Origin: a virus
Taxonomy: Duplodnaviria; Caudoviricetes
Length of the DNA stretch: 64,000 nt
IMG/VR virus record: IMGVR_UViG_3300021400_000034
Coordinates: 1 to 64,000 of that record
Reading direction: 5' to 3' (one strand)
Both the position numbers and the translations under genes were made by a program. Positions within the stretch are counted from its first letter, which is position 1. Each line of letters opens with the position of its first letter. Shown here one piece after another: positions 8,989 to 18,622 of this stretch. A model generated the notes under the pieces. It ran no database searches, was not told the DNA's origin, and was given only the letters and a program-made list of their open reading frames with translations.

Positions 8989-10482
8989 ATGGGCCGGATA
9001 ACTGCGACTAAGATCAACGAGACCTACTTCTACATAGAAGTGGACGATGGCGACTTGCTATACGAGCTAGACAGCGCTTTTGCGATTTACAAAGAGGGCT
9101 ACCAGTTCGTTCCAGCATACGTCAATCACCGATGGGACGGAAAGATCCACTTCTTCAAGGCGCTAAGCCACAAGTTCCCGATAGGTCTCACTGACGAGCT
9201 CATCAAGTACTGCAAGCGGAGAAATCACAACCTGCACTTCGTAGGCTGGGAACGCGATGTGCCCGACTGGATCACTAGAGAGCAGTTCGAAGCCGACGTG
9301 AAGCAGATCATGGCTGGATCGAAATACCAGCCGAGAGACTATCAGCTCAACGCCGTCTTCGCTGCACTGAACGGAAAGAAGGGCGTGCTAGAGTGCTGCA
9401 CTTCGTCTGGAAAGTCGCTCATGATCTATCTGTTCTTGAGGATTCTCATGATGGAGAAAGGACTCAAGAAGATGCTTCTGATCGTCCCGTCGATCATGCT
9501 AGTCACTCAGATGTACAAGGACTTCGAGGACTACGGCTGGTCAGACCTAGACAAGTGGTGCGAGCTTCAGGACAAGGATCACGTTCCGACCTTCGAGAAG
9601 TCTATTCTGATCACGACTTGGCAGTCCCTCATGAAGCAGGACATCACGTTCTACGCTGCACAAGAAGCTGTCGTAGTTGATGAGTGCCACGGTGTTCGCG
9701 GGGTACGTCTCGGCGACATGCTCAAATACTGCGCAAACGCGACGTTCAAGATCGGTACGACCGGCACCCTTCCGACTGCACAGGATGAGAGATACGACGT
9801 CAAGAGCGTGCTCGGAAACACGCTATACAAGATCACGTCCGATGAGCTCATCAAGATGGGATTCTTGACGAAGATCATCGTGGCTAACATGTTCCTGCAG
9901 TACCCGATGGACTTCATTCTAGAGAATCAGGAGCGCACGTTCCCAGAAGAGGTCAGACTCGTCGAGGAGTACGAGCCTCGCATGACGATCTTGACGAAGA
10001 TTCTAGAGCACACTCCTGTGAATCACAACATGCTGCTTCTCTGCAATCACGTCGACCACGTCAAAGCGACGATCGACTACCTCAAAGAGCATCATCCAGA
10101 GCGCAAGATAGTGAAGGTCACGGGCACTGTGAAGGCAGCTGAGCGTGAGTTCATCCGAGTGAATGCAGAAGAGTCTGAAGGACTGATCATCGTGGCGACC
10201 TACGGGACTATGTCCACTGGCGTCAACATCAAGAAGATCCACGAGATAGTCCTGTTCGCTAACTCGAAGTCGAAGATCAAGGTGCTGCAGTCTCTCGGAA
10301 GAGGTCTGAGAAAGCACCCAGAGAAGGCTAAAGTGATCATCTATGACGTCGTTGACGACATGCGATGGAAGTCCAAGCGTGGAAAAGTTCACTCAAACTA
10401 CCTATACGACCACTGGCTAGAGCGTTCGAAGTACTACATAGAGCAGAAGTTCGAGCAAAAATCAGCAATCTTCCCGATCTGA
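8989..10482 (+). CDS. uvsW: UvsW-like SF2 DNA helicase
   Basis: N-terminal WDGKIHF, PRDYQ Q-motif, TSSGKS, DECH, TGT, STGVNI, LQSLGRGLR. Confidence 0.93.
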   Translation: MGRITATKINETYFYIEVDDGDLLYELDSAFAIYKEGYQFVPAYVNHRWDGKIHFFKALSHKFPIGLTDELIKYCKRRNHNLHFVGWERDVPDWITREQFEADVKQIMAGSKYQPRDYQLNAVFAALNGKKGVLECCTSSGKSLMIYLFLRILMMEKGLKKMLLIVPSIMLVTQMYKDFEDYGWSDLDKWCELQDKDHVPTFEKSILITTWQSLMKQDITFYAAQEAVVVDECHGVRGVRLGDMLKYCANATFKIGTTGTLPTAQDERYDVKSVLGNTLYKITSDELIKMGFLTKIIVANMFLQYPMDFILENQERTFPEEVRLVEEYEPRMTILTKILEHTPVNHNMLLLCNHVDHVKATIDYLKEHHPERKIVKVTGTVKAAEREFIRVNAEESEGLIIVATYGTMSTGVNIKKIHEIVLFANSKSKIKVLQSLGRGLRKHPEKAKVIIYDVVDDMRWKSKRGKVHSNYLYDHWLERSKYYIEQKFEQKSAIFPI

Positions 10483-10489
10483 AATCCAC

Positions 10490-10497
10490 TATAAATA
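10490..10497 (+). promoter_or_regulatory. T4-type late promoter
   Basis: TATAAATA upstream of the tail sheath gene. Confidence 0.8.
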
Positions 10498-10550
10498 ATC
10501 TAAAACGGTGACGGGTATGCGCCCGTCTGTGAAAATAGGAGATTTTAGAT

Positions 10551-13544
10551 ATGGCGACTAAATGGTCAACTCCGGGTATCGGATTTAGAGAGATCGACAA
10601 CACGATCAGACCAAACGCAGACCCAGGTGACGGCATCGGCGCTATCGTGATAAACGCTAATCGCGGTGTTCCGAACCAGCGTGTGCTCTGCACCACAATC
10701 GACAAGTTCCACGAGTACTTCGGTAAGCCAGACCAGCCAGACCAGTATGGTCACTTCGCGGCTCAGGTCTACTTCGATCAGGGTGGCGCTACCCAGCTTC
10801 TCGCCGTGAGAGCTACGATGGGTGACGAAGGCTACTCTCAGATCCAGTACCCTTACACTGACTCTGTCGACAAGAACAACGTCGACGGCATTCAGACCCT
10901 TGAGTTCGTCGACAACACGCTTCTCGACAACGCTCGTCTGATCTCGAAGGACATCTTTGACTACATTCAGCCTGATGCTGCTAGACCGGAAGGATTCGAT
11001 ACTCTCGACAACGCTGACAGCGCAACCTGCTTCTCGTACTACGGCAAGTCTCAGGTCGTCTCTGTTCAGGACGTCTACAACGTATTCAACGGAAACCCGA
11101 TGGAGAACATCTACGTGTTCCGTGATCGTGGCGAGACTGGAATCGAAGACGGTAAGATGGTTGAGTTCCCTATCAATGACGATGAGAAGAAGATCTCTCG
11201 TCAGATGTTCGCTATGAGCACTGAGAACTTCACTGGCTTGGATGTCTATCAGGTCGATAAGCCGAGTGAAGGAAACGTAAACAGCGCTTGGTTCTATCAG
11301 GACGATCGTGACCTGATCGTAGACGAGGAATCTGATACCTCTGCATACAGAACTATCATCAGCATCCCAGGTAGTGTGTCTTACACGAACTCTACTGAGA
11401 CGTTCGAATTCTACGGCACTTCCGCAGAATCTGACACTATGACTTACCAGGGCCTTGTCGGTCTCTGCAATGAGATCAAGGACGAGGACATCGATGATGT
11501 CAAGCACATCGAGATCGTCGACTGGGACGACACTTTGACTAAGACCTTCACAATTCTCGCTGATGAGTGGGAAAAGAAAGAGGATGTCATCGGACTCAGC
11601 TACACTGAACAGGGAAAGGCAGACAGCCTCTACAACCTGATACGTGAGAAGAGCTTCAAGTTCATCCCTCTCGGCGGAAAGTCTACGGACGATCCAGATG
11701 TCAGATACATAGCTGACATTTACGCTCTCGATCCGAGCGAGATCTGCAACGAGAACTATGCTGTCATCAAGTTCAAGCTCGCTAAGAGCCCAGCTGAAGA
11801 GGAAGAAGAAACTATCCTTGTCACGAGAAACCAGAGCACTTATGACAACGGCTTCTACACTCAGTTCGACTATACTTGGACGATGTTCCTTGAGCTGAAC
11901 ACGAAGAAGGTTCAGATCTTCTCGTCTTACGGCGTCAGGGCTCCGATCGCTATCGTGAAGCCGTGGCAGGTTACGTTCGACAAGGACGAGAACGGCGAAG
12001 ACCAGATCAACAAGATGGTCGCTATCTCTTCTACGGAAGTCTTCTCTGATCCGACAGGCGTCTGGAGAGACGGCTACACGCCATCTTGCGAGACTGACGC
12101 TGAGCCTGGTAACGGCGACATCGAGCTCTATCAGAGCACTATGACCAACCAGCTCATCATCGGCGCTATCGGTCCTGGCGAGTTCGGCAACGACATCGGC
12201 ATCTCTATCATCACGCCGGAAGCTGCTAAGTACCCTGCGCTCTACAACACGAACGCATTCTCTTGGCTCTACCGCTATGACGATGAAGACAAGATCAAGG
12301 ATTCTAAGTCTGGCGGACTTGACTACCGTGTCAACCCGCTAAACCTCACTTGGAAGAAGGTCTACAAGATCAACGTCTACCAGAAGGCTCCTTCTAAGAC
12401 TGAAGGTGTCTGGGGATTCGGTCTGGATGCTCTCACGAGCGCTCCGGTCGAGTCATGGCTCGTGTCTAACGACCCGACCGCCAAGGACGAGAACGGCAAC
12501 AGCCTCTGGGCTCCTTACGTGATCAACGGCAAGTCTCAGTTCATCTACGTCTCTAAGAAGTCGGTCGAGCAGTCGATCAACTACAAGGGCGAGTACTGCA
12601 TGCCCGCTATGACCTGGTCTATCTACCAGATGACTGGCGGCACCAACTCCACTCTGAACAACATCAAGGAGAAGGTGAAAGCTCTAGATCTCTACACGAA
12701 CAGAAAGAAGGCTAGATTCGACTACCTCTTCAACGTGGAGCCGATCGAGACATTCTCTGGCAAGCAGAAGTACATGGCTCTTCAGAACAGGATCGGTCAG
12801 ATCGCTATGAAGAGAAAGATGGACCTCGGAATCATCCAGTGCACCTCTAAGGAAGCTAAGACGATCCGCTTGAAGCTCTCTGAAGGCAAGATGTTCAGCT
12901 TCGCTGACGGTACATACGTGGCTGGCTACGATGACTACGACAGATACTTCGATCCGTTCACCTCTAACTGGGTGATGCTGCCAAGATCTGTCGCTGGCGC
13001 TGTGGCTTGCTGCTTCGTCGACACTTTCATGCATCCGTGGGACTCTCCTGCGGGCGTCACTCAGGGACGTATCGCATACTGCAACCGTCCGATGGTCAGC
13101 TTGGATGACGATGAGTTCGGTCAGCTCTATGACATCCACATCAACGGCTCTATGCACTTCGACGGCTACGGCGAGTGCATCATGGGACAGAAGACGATGC
13201 TAAAGAAAGAGTCTGCTCTGAACCGCATCGACATCAGAAAGCTATGCAACTTCATCGAGAAGCGACTCGAGACGAAGCTCATTCCGTACCTCTATCAGAA
13301 GAACACATCTACTGTCCGCTCTTCTATGAGAACCGCAGTAGACACATTCATCGGAAGAATCCAGTCTGGTGGCGGCATCATCGATAGAAACGTCGAAGTC
13401 GTTCCGGATGAGACAGATACGCATCTCGTCTACGTGAACATCACGTTTATTCCAGCTGAAGCTATCGAGAGAATCGAGGTTACCTTGACCCTCAACCGTC
13501 AGTCTGGATCGATCTCTGCAAGCGAGAGCACTTCACCGCTATAG
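10551..13544 (+). CDS. 18: Contractile tail sheath protein (gp18-like), enlarged
   Basis: N-terminal TPGIGFREID...FGKP; C-terminal PWDSPAG, GQKT, SALNRIDIRKL, VNITFIPAEAIERI. Confidence 0.93.
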   Translation: MATKWSTPGIGFREIDNTIRPNADPGDGIGAIVINANRGVPNQRVLCTTIDKFHEYFGKPDQPDQYGHFAAQVYFDQGGATQLLAVRATMGDEGYSQIQYPYTDSVDKNNVDGIQTLEFVDNTLLDNARLISKDIFDYIQPDAARPEGFDTLDNADSATCFSYYGKSQVVSVQDVYNVFNGNPMENIYVFRDRGETGIEDGKMVEFPINDDEKKISRQMFAMSTENFTGLDVYQVDKPSEGNVNSAWFYQDDRDLIVDEESDTSAYRTIISIPGSVSYTNSTETFEFYGTSAESDTMTYQGLVGLCNEIKDEDIDDVKHIEIVDWDDTLTKTFTILADEWEKKEDVIGLSYTEQGKADSLYNLIREKSFKFIPLGGKSTDDPDVRYIADIYALDPSEICNENYAVIKFKLAKSPAEEEEETILVTRNQSTYDNGFYTQFDYTWTMFLELNTKKVQIFSSYGVRAPIAIVKPWQVTFDKDENGEDQINKMVAISSTEVFSDPTGVWRDGYTPSCETDAEPGNGDIELYQSTMTNQLIIGAIGPGEFGNDIGISIITPEAAKYPALYNTNAFSWLYRYDDEDKIKDSKSGGLDYRVNPLNLTWKKVYKINVYQKAPSKTEGVWGFGLDALTSAPVESWLVSNDPTAKDENGNSLWAPYVINGKSQFIYVSKKSVEQSINYKGEYCMPAMTWSIYQMTGGTNSTLNNIKEKVKALDLYTNRKKARFDYLFNVEPIETFSGKQKYMALQNRIGQIAMKRKMDLGIIQCTSKEAKTIRLKLSEGKMFSFADGTYVAGYDDYDRYFDPFTSNWVMLPRSVAGAVACCFVDTFMHPWDSPAGVTQGRIAYCNRPMVSLDDDEFGQLYDIHINGSMHFDGYGECIMGQKTMLKKESALNRIDIRKLCNFIEKRLETKLIPYLYQKNTSTVRSSMRTAVDTFIGRIQSGGGIIDRNVEVVPDETDTHLVYVNITFIPAEAIERIEVTLTLNRQSGSISASESTSPL

Positions 13545-13566
13545 TCTCCATGATGAACCTCCGCAT

Positions 13567-13594
13567 GACCCGCCTAACCACGGCGGGTCTTTTT
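13567..13594 (+). terminator. Rho-independent terminator
   Basis: GACCCGCC-loop-GGCGGGTC followed by TTTTT. Confidence 0.8.
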
Positions 13595-13598
13595 GCAG

Positions 13599-13606
13599 TA
13601 TAAATA
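13599..13606 (+). promoter_or_regulatory. T4-type late promoter
   Basis: TATAAATA immediately before ATG 13611. Confidence 0.75.
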
Positions 13607-13610
13607 CTAT

Positions 13611-14021
13611 ATGCTACCGATAACAGAATCTCCGGACTTCAAGCGAGTGGGCGACACCGTAGAAGGAGGCTACTACGACATCAGCCTCTTCAACCGCGAA
13701 AACTCATACGAAGTCAAAGGCACTATCGCTATGGATCAGGCGCTAGAGAACTATCTCTTGACTATTCCAGGCGAGCGTCTCTTCAACATAGCGTTCGGAA
13801 GCCCTCTGTATCTGATGCTTTTCCAGAAGAACAACGACCAAGACGAGCTCAGAGAACAGATCTATCGGACGGTCGAGAATACGATGAACATATCGATCGA
13901 TCGAGACAGCGCATACGTGAGCGGCACTGACGATCCTCACGTCCTGCAGATACACTTCAAGTACTCAACTACTGACGGAGTCATAACTAATCATGAATTC
14001 TCTAGAAGATTTAGTCGATGA
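13611..14021 (+). CDS. 25: Baseplate wedge subunit, gp25-like
   Basis: ALENYLLTIPGERLFNIAFGSPL matches the gp25/GPW signature. Confidence 0.85.
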   Translation: MLPITESPDFKRVGDTVEGGYYDISLFNRENSYEVKGTIAMDQALENYLLTIPGERLFNIAFGSPLYLMLFQKNNDQDELREQIYRTVENTMNISIDRDSAYVSGTDDPHVLQIHFKYSTTDGVITNHEFSRRFSR

Positions 14022-14397
14022 AGTCGTGAAGGAATACGAGTCCTTCGACATATCGACCGCCAAGCAAGGAAAAGTCTGCTGCTACGATCCGCAGACTGAC
14101 GAGATAACTCTAAACTTCCAGATCATCTCACGCTACTTAGACCACTTCAGAATCCTTCATGAGCTCGCTCATCGAGTTCAACGAGGTCTTTCGATGCTCT
14201 ATGGGAAAACGTCCCTCATCGAGCTGAACGCGAACAAGATCGCATCTGAAGCCTACCAGAAGCTAGGATATCCACTGACATACGAGGTCACGCGCTACAT
14301 CAACTACAACAACGTGCACTATCTGAACGAAAATCTGTCGCAGCGTGACATAATGAGAAGAATAGCCGGAAAGAAGGAACTGATATGGACTCTCTGA
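13993..14397 (+). CDS. HExxH zinc-metallopeptidase-like protein (ImmA/IrrE-like)
   Basis: ILHELAH followed by a downstream ELNAN. Confidence 0.55.
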   Translation: MNSLEDLVDEVVKEYESFDISTAKQGKVCCYDPQTDEITLNFQIISRYLDHFRILHELAHRVQRGLSMLYGKTSLIELNANKIASEAYQKLGYPLTYEVTRYINYNNVHYLNENLSQRDIMRRIAGKKELIWTL

Positions 14398-15191
14398 TAG
14401 AGAACGCTAAGGAAGAGTTGAAGAAGTTCAACGACATCAGCATCGAGCCTGTCGCTCACGTCTACAACGACTCCTTGGGCACAAGCTACACTTCAGTCAC
14501 GACGTTCGTCAAGAAGTACTATGTCCCGTTTGACCGCACTGGAAAGGCGATTTCGTGCGCTCTGAGGAACTGTAGGCCTCTCAATGAGGTATTATCCGAG
14601 TGGGATCAAAAAGGAGCTTACGCACGGCTTCTAGGCACCGAAGTGCACTCCGTGATGGAGCACCTGTGGAAGCAAGAGCCTAACGAGCCTAACTACGAGG
14701 CTATGGAAGCTTTTCCGGGAATGAAAGAAGACTTCGAGTACCGCAAAGGGATATGCGAGGATCTCTACAACATGATGAAAGACTTCTACGTGCCGATCGC
14801 GAACGAGATCATCGTGAATGATCCAGCGCTCGGCATAGCAGGAACGATCGACTTCGTGGCTTACAACAAGAAGACCGACACGATCGACATTCTTGACTGG
14901 AAGACCTCTAAGTCATTCTCAGTCAGCTCTGGAAAGAACTTTATGAAGGAGCCGTTCGAGTCCTATCCGAACACCAACGTGAGCGAGTACAGCCTCCAGC
15001 TGAGCCTATACAAGTACATCGTAGAGAAGCACACGAACCTCAAGATCGGTGAGCTCAGACTATTCCAGATCCCTGGAAAGGGCAAGATGAAGACGATCAA
15101 GTGCTACGACATGGTGGACCTTCTGAAGCGCAAGCTTTTCGCTGCCGAGCAGCCAAGCGACGGAGAATTTCTAGAATATACTCAAAAATGA
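14385..15191 (+). CDS. PD-(D/E)XK exonuclease (RecB/Cas4-like)
   Basis: SVTT, GTEVH, E..., AGTID, ILDWKT, YSLQLSLY. Confidence 0.85.
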   Translation: MDSLIENAKEELKKFNDISIEPVAHVYNDSLGTSYTSVTTFVKKYYVPFDRTGKAISCALRNCRPLNEVLSEWDQKGAYARLLGTEVHSVMEHLWKQEPNEPNYEAMEAFPGMKEDFEYRKGICEDLYNMMKDFYVPIANEIIVNDPALGIAGTIDFVAYNKKTDTIDILDWKTSKSFSVSSGKNFMKEPFESYPNTNVSEYSLQLSLYKYIVEKHTNLKIGELRLFQIPGKGKMKTIKCYDMVDLLKRKLFAAEQPSDGEFLEYTQK

Positions 15192-15294
15192 CAAAATTTG
15201 ACGGACGCTGCGTGCTCGTCAAGCAAGTCTGGAAACAGACTGGTATCGATGTCGCAAAACTCTAGAAAAAATTGAGATTTTTTCAGAAAAAGAG

Positions 15295-15323
15295 TTTACG
15301 AATCTCTCAAATTTTCTTATATT
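15295..15323 (+). promoter_or_regulatory. Early sigma70-type promoter
   Basis: TTTACG-N17-TATATT. Confidence 0.7.
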
Positions 15324-15369
15324 TACTATGTAAGAAAAAATAAGTTCCACCTTCTTCAAAGGATCTAAC

Positions 15370-15888
15370 ATGATCAAGAAAGAAGCCCTCTCCGCCCTCA
15401 AAGGCACCCACGAAACCGTCAAGATCATCACATCGAAGCAGGGTTCTCCATTCAACGAGACCAAGAAGAATAAGGCCGCTCTTCTCGCTCTCGGCATCGA
15501 CGTCGACAAGATGGTCAAGGTCACCACTTACAACTGCTTCGCCGGTTCCGACATCAACTACAAGGAACTGTACGAAGAACGCGCTGGCGAGAAGAAGGAA
15601 TCTCGTCCGATCAACACCCACAACACTTGGGTTGAAGGACTGGAAGGAATCCTCATGGTCAACGGCACCACTGGAAGCAACCTCCTCCGTATCTACACGG
15701 ACGACAACACTTCCTCCAAGACCACATACATCTACGAAGGAGAGATCTTCGACGACTACAAGACCAAGTACGCCGAATTTCTCAAGGTCCGCAAGCCAGT
15801 CAACGAAAAGGCTCAGGGCCTCCGCCCGATGTCTCTGACTCTTGAGACCATCACTTCTATCGAAGTCGATGGCGTAAAGGTCGCCTAA
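15370..15888 (+). CDS. Hypothetical early protein
   Basis: AAGGA SD; strongly biased codons; early promoter upstream. Confidence 0.75.
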   Translation: MIKKEALSALKGTHETVKIITSKQGSPFNETKKNKAALLALGIDVDKMVKVTTYNCFAGSDINYKELYEERAGEKKESRPINTHNTWVEGLEGILMVNGTTGSNLLRIYTDDNTSSKTTYIYEGEIFDDYKTKYAEFLKVRKPVNEKAQGLRPMSLTLETITSIEVDGVKVA

Positions 15889-15962
15889 ACTTTCACCGAA
15901 CAAAACTGAGCAGCCGACATCACTGGCTGCTCGGTCGCGTTCATAACTAGCGAGGAAACTCG

Positions 15963-16415
15963 ATGACGATCGCACGATACAACCTCAAGATCCGCTGCAA
16001 GGACAAGGTTCTTATCGCACTCCCGACCACTACGAAGAGTGATGGTCACAATTCCTGGACATTCCCGAACGACTTGCTGTCAAAAGGCACGCCGGAAGAG
16101 TGTGTTCAGTCCGTCTTCAAGCAGCTCACGGGGCTTGAAGTCGAAGATGTCGCTCTCAACGAACTGGAGTACATCCAGCGCGTTGATGAGGAAAAAGTCG
16201 CATACAAGACGGAGATCGAAGTCCGCAACCAGATCCCTGTCTCCTTCGGCAGCTGCACGCTGACTCGTTACGACAAGACGAGCAACATGCGCATTCCGAA
16301 GTATGTGAAGTTCAAGTGGGTTCCGGAAGATGAGCTTTACTACTGGCTCACCCGTTCCTACTGTCGTCTTGACGACATTCACACTTCTTACTTCTACCCC
16401 GAAAACGGTAGGTAG
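15963..16415 (+). CDS. Nudix-fold-like protein with degenerate Nudix box
   Basis: WTFP...GTPEECVQSVFKQLTGLEV and late FKWV resemble the Nudix layout, but the catalytic REXXEE is lost. Confidence 0.5.
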   Translation: MTIARYNLKIRCKDKVLIALPTTTKSDGHNSWTFPNDLLSKGTPEECVQSVFKQLTGLEVEDVALNELEYIQRVDEEKVAYKTEIEVRNQIPVSFGSCTLTRYDKTSNMRIPKYVKFKWVPEDELYYWLTRSYCRLDDIHTSYFYPENGR

Positions 16416-16426
16416 AGGGAGGCCGT

Positions 16427-16651
16427 ATGACCGACCAAGAAGTCAAGAGAATGGTCGAGACCAAGTCCTACCGCGAAGCCCGTGAATTCATTCGTGGCAT
16501 GGACGTGTACGAGCTGCAGATGCTGCACTACTGGGGCTTTCAGCTCCGTAAGTTCATCTTCTGCTCCGCAGCCGCTGCTCTTCTGCACGAGCACTTCGGC
16601 ACAACGCCGAACTACGAGCTCTGTGGCGAGCGGATGTCTGAGTACACCTGA
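16427..16651 (+). CDS. Small hypothetical protein
   Basis: GGAGG SD; 74 aa. Confidence 0.65.
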   Translation: MTDQEVKRMVETKSYREAREFIRGMDVYELQMLHYWGFQLRKFIFCSAAAALLHEHFGTTPNYELCGERMSEYT

Positions 16652-16674
16652 TCGAAAGACCACAGAGTCCAGGT

Positions 16675-16808
16675 TATAAATAATCTGGACGAAGCAGAGA
16701 AGCGCTTCTCCAACCGAGAGCGCTTCTTTTGCATTCAGATGAAGCAAACTGCCGAGTGTCTGATCTCTTCGTCCAACATATCGTGCAGACCGCACGAGGA
16801 GATACACA
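16675..16808 (+). promoter_or_regulatory. Late promoter plus structured 5' leader of hsp20 (RNA-thermometer-like)
   Basis: TATAAATA at 16675; 16756-16772 pairs with 16794-16807, covering the GAGGAG SD. Confidence 0.55.
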
Positions 16809-17258
16809 ATGATCAACGCAGGATTGAACCTCGCAGAACAACTCTCTAACGCACTCAGCCACTTTGACCACTACGCACCGACAAGCTTCGAGAAAGCTAT
16901 CAAGCGTGACATCGAGTCTAACTGCCACTGGCCATACAACGTCGTGGAAGAAGAAGACGGATCTATCACGTACGAAGTCGCAGTCGTCGGCAAGGGCAAG
17001 GGCGATGTAGAGGTCACCACAAAGGCTTCTGATCCGCTTCCGATGCTAATCATCGAAGTTCAAGACAAGCCAGCCGACAGCAAGAGAAAGTACATCGAAG
17101 AGCGCATCAAGAAAGGTCAGCTCAGACTCGAAATCAGCGTCGAGACTAAGTATGATCTAAACAACCTTGAAGCGAAGCTCGAAAATGGACTTCTGTCCGT
17201 CACTGTGCCGCTCGCTAAAGTAGCAGAGCCTGAAGTGAAGAAGTTCGAGATCAAGTAA
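16809..17258 (+). CDS. Small heat-shock protein (Hsp20/alpha-crystallin)
   Basis: PYNVV...EVAVVG, AKLENGLLSVTVP, C-terminal KFEIK (IxI-like). Confidence 0.88.
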   Translation: MINAGLNLAEQLSNALSHFDHYAPTSFEKAIKRDIESNCHWPYNVVEEEDGSITYEVAVVGKGKGDVEVTTKASDPLPMLIIEVQDKPADSKRKYIEERIKKGQLRLEISVETKYDLNNLEAKLENGLLSVTVPLAKVAEPEVKKFEIK

Positions 17259-17273
17259 CCGTCAGGCGGAGTC

Positions 17274-17993
17274 ATGAACTTTGGCATCTTGATGACTAAG
17301 AACTTCGCGAATCCTGCAGCAACATACGAATTCACGAGGGCAAAATTCATTAGAACGATCAATCAGTATGTGGCTGGCGGATTCGCAAAGAATCTCGCTG
17401 TGTCGCAGTTCGGATTGATGGGAAAAGTGCAATTCCCTTCTAGAACACCGATGCCATACATGACTCCGCCTTCTAGAGGTATAATGGGAGGACGGATCAT
17501 ATCATACAAGTCTGGAAGAGTCAATAATGGCGATTACGACAGCGTAGCGAAAGGTTCTCGTGTCGAGATAGGTTCATTCTGGCCAAAGTTTTTTGAGCTC
17601 ATAGGCAAGGCGTTTATGCGCTCTAGCTTCGTCATTACTCCTGTCACCGACTATTTCATGCCTCCTATTGCTCAATACTCGACTCCGCTCACGGTCACGT
17701 TCAGCTATCTGTCTAGCGGGGATAGCTACTACAACAGAGAAGGGCAGGTGTTCAGCAGCGGAAGATTCTTGAGAGAATGGAGAAAAGCCGGGGCAGCTTT
17801 TCAGAGCGAGATATTGGCGCTGAAGATAGAGGATCCAGCGCGTCTTCGAGCTCTGCTAGGAAAAGCTGTGAAAGCAGTAGCGTCAAATACTTTCAAGCTG
17901 TACATAAAATATAGAGGAACAATAAAGTTCGGAAACGAGAATCAACCGTGTCTATTTGACGGCTTGATCTACGGAAAGATGAAATTCGATTGA
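17274..17993 (+). CDS. Hypothetical protein
   Basis: 239 aa ORF, GGAG SD. Confidence 0.6.
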   Translation: MNFGILMTKNFANPAATYEFTRAKFIRTINQYVAGGFAKNLAVSQFGLMGKVQFPSRTPMPYMTPPSRGIMGGRIISYKSGRVNNGDYDSVAKGSRVEIGSFWPKFFELIGKAFMRSSFVITPVTDYFMPPIAQYSTPLTVTFSYLSSGDSYYNREGQVFSSGRFLREWRKAGAAFQSEILALKIEDPARLRALLGKAVKAVASNTFKLYIKYRGTIKFGNENQPCLFDGLIYGKMKFD

Positions 17994-18001
17994 GGTAAGA
18001 G

Positions 18002-18604
18002 ATGGGTAAGCAGTTCGTCCAGTCGGCAAACAACTTCACAAAGAACAAGTATGCTCTAGTATTCAGCAACTTTCCTAACCTGTCAGAGATTCCTGACGAC
18101 GAAGTCGATCTGACAGTGTTCAGCACGAAGGTCCAGACTGTCGATATTCCGAACAAGACAGTTCCTATGCTAGACAGCTTCTATCAGTACGAGAGACAGA
18201 GACACCCGAACAATGTCGGCGCAAGAGAGATGCAAGCGTTCACTGTCGACTGGATCTTGGATGACCGTCTGATGAACTACACTCTGCTTGACGCATGGGC
18301 GAACGGAGCACGCTACGGCAGAACGCTCACTAAGAAGGAAGGACGTGAAGTGCCTCTTCTCCGAGACAACTGCATCGAGCGAGTGGACATCTATGCTCTA
18401 GACAACGCTAACTTCCCACGCGCTAAGTTCTCGTTCCATCGTGTCTTCTTGACTGGTATAGGAAACCTCAATCTACAGTTCGGTGTCGCTGACGTGGTCA
18501 CTTTCAACACGACGTTCGAGTACGAGCAGTTCGGACACACGATCCAGGGAAAGAACGCAGACGGCACATGGAAAATCGAGCCACTGGTGACAATGGCTCG
18601 ATAA
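18002..18604 (+). CDS. Tail-tube-fold protein, gp3 (tail completion)/gp19-like
   Basis: NNFTKNKYALVFSNFP, VQTVDIP, W..LD, F..VFLTGIGNL...TTFEY pattern. Confidence 0.7.
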   Translation: MGKQFVQSANNFTKNKYALVFSNFPNLSEIPDDEVDLTVFSTKVQTVDIPNKTVPMLDSFYQYERQRHPNNVGAREMQAFTVDWILDDRLMNYTLLDAWANGARYGRTLTKKEGREVPLLRDNCIERVDIYALDNANFPRAKFSFHRVFLTGIGNLNLQFGVADVVTFNTTFEYEQFGHTIQGKNADGTWKIEPLVTMAR

Positions 18605-18622
18605 GAGAATAAACAAATTTGT

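Noticed and set aside
10566-11507. Long antisense ORFs (also 15307..15975, 53791..54717, 62903..63607)
   Set aside because: Shadow frames of strongly codon-biased plus-strand genes
14385-15191. Cas4 as evidence of a CRISPR-Cas system
   Set aside because: No four-Cys Fe-S motif, no other cas genes and no array
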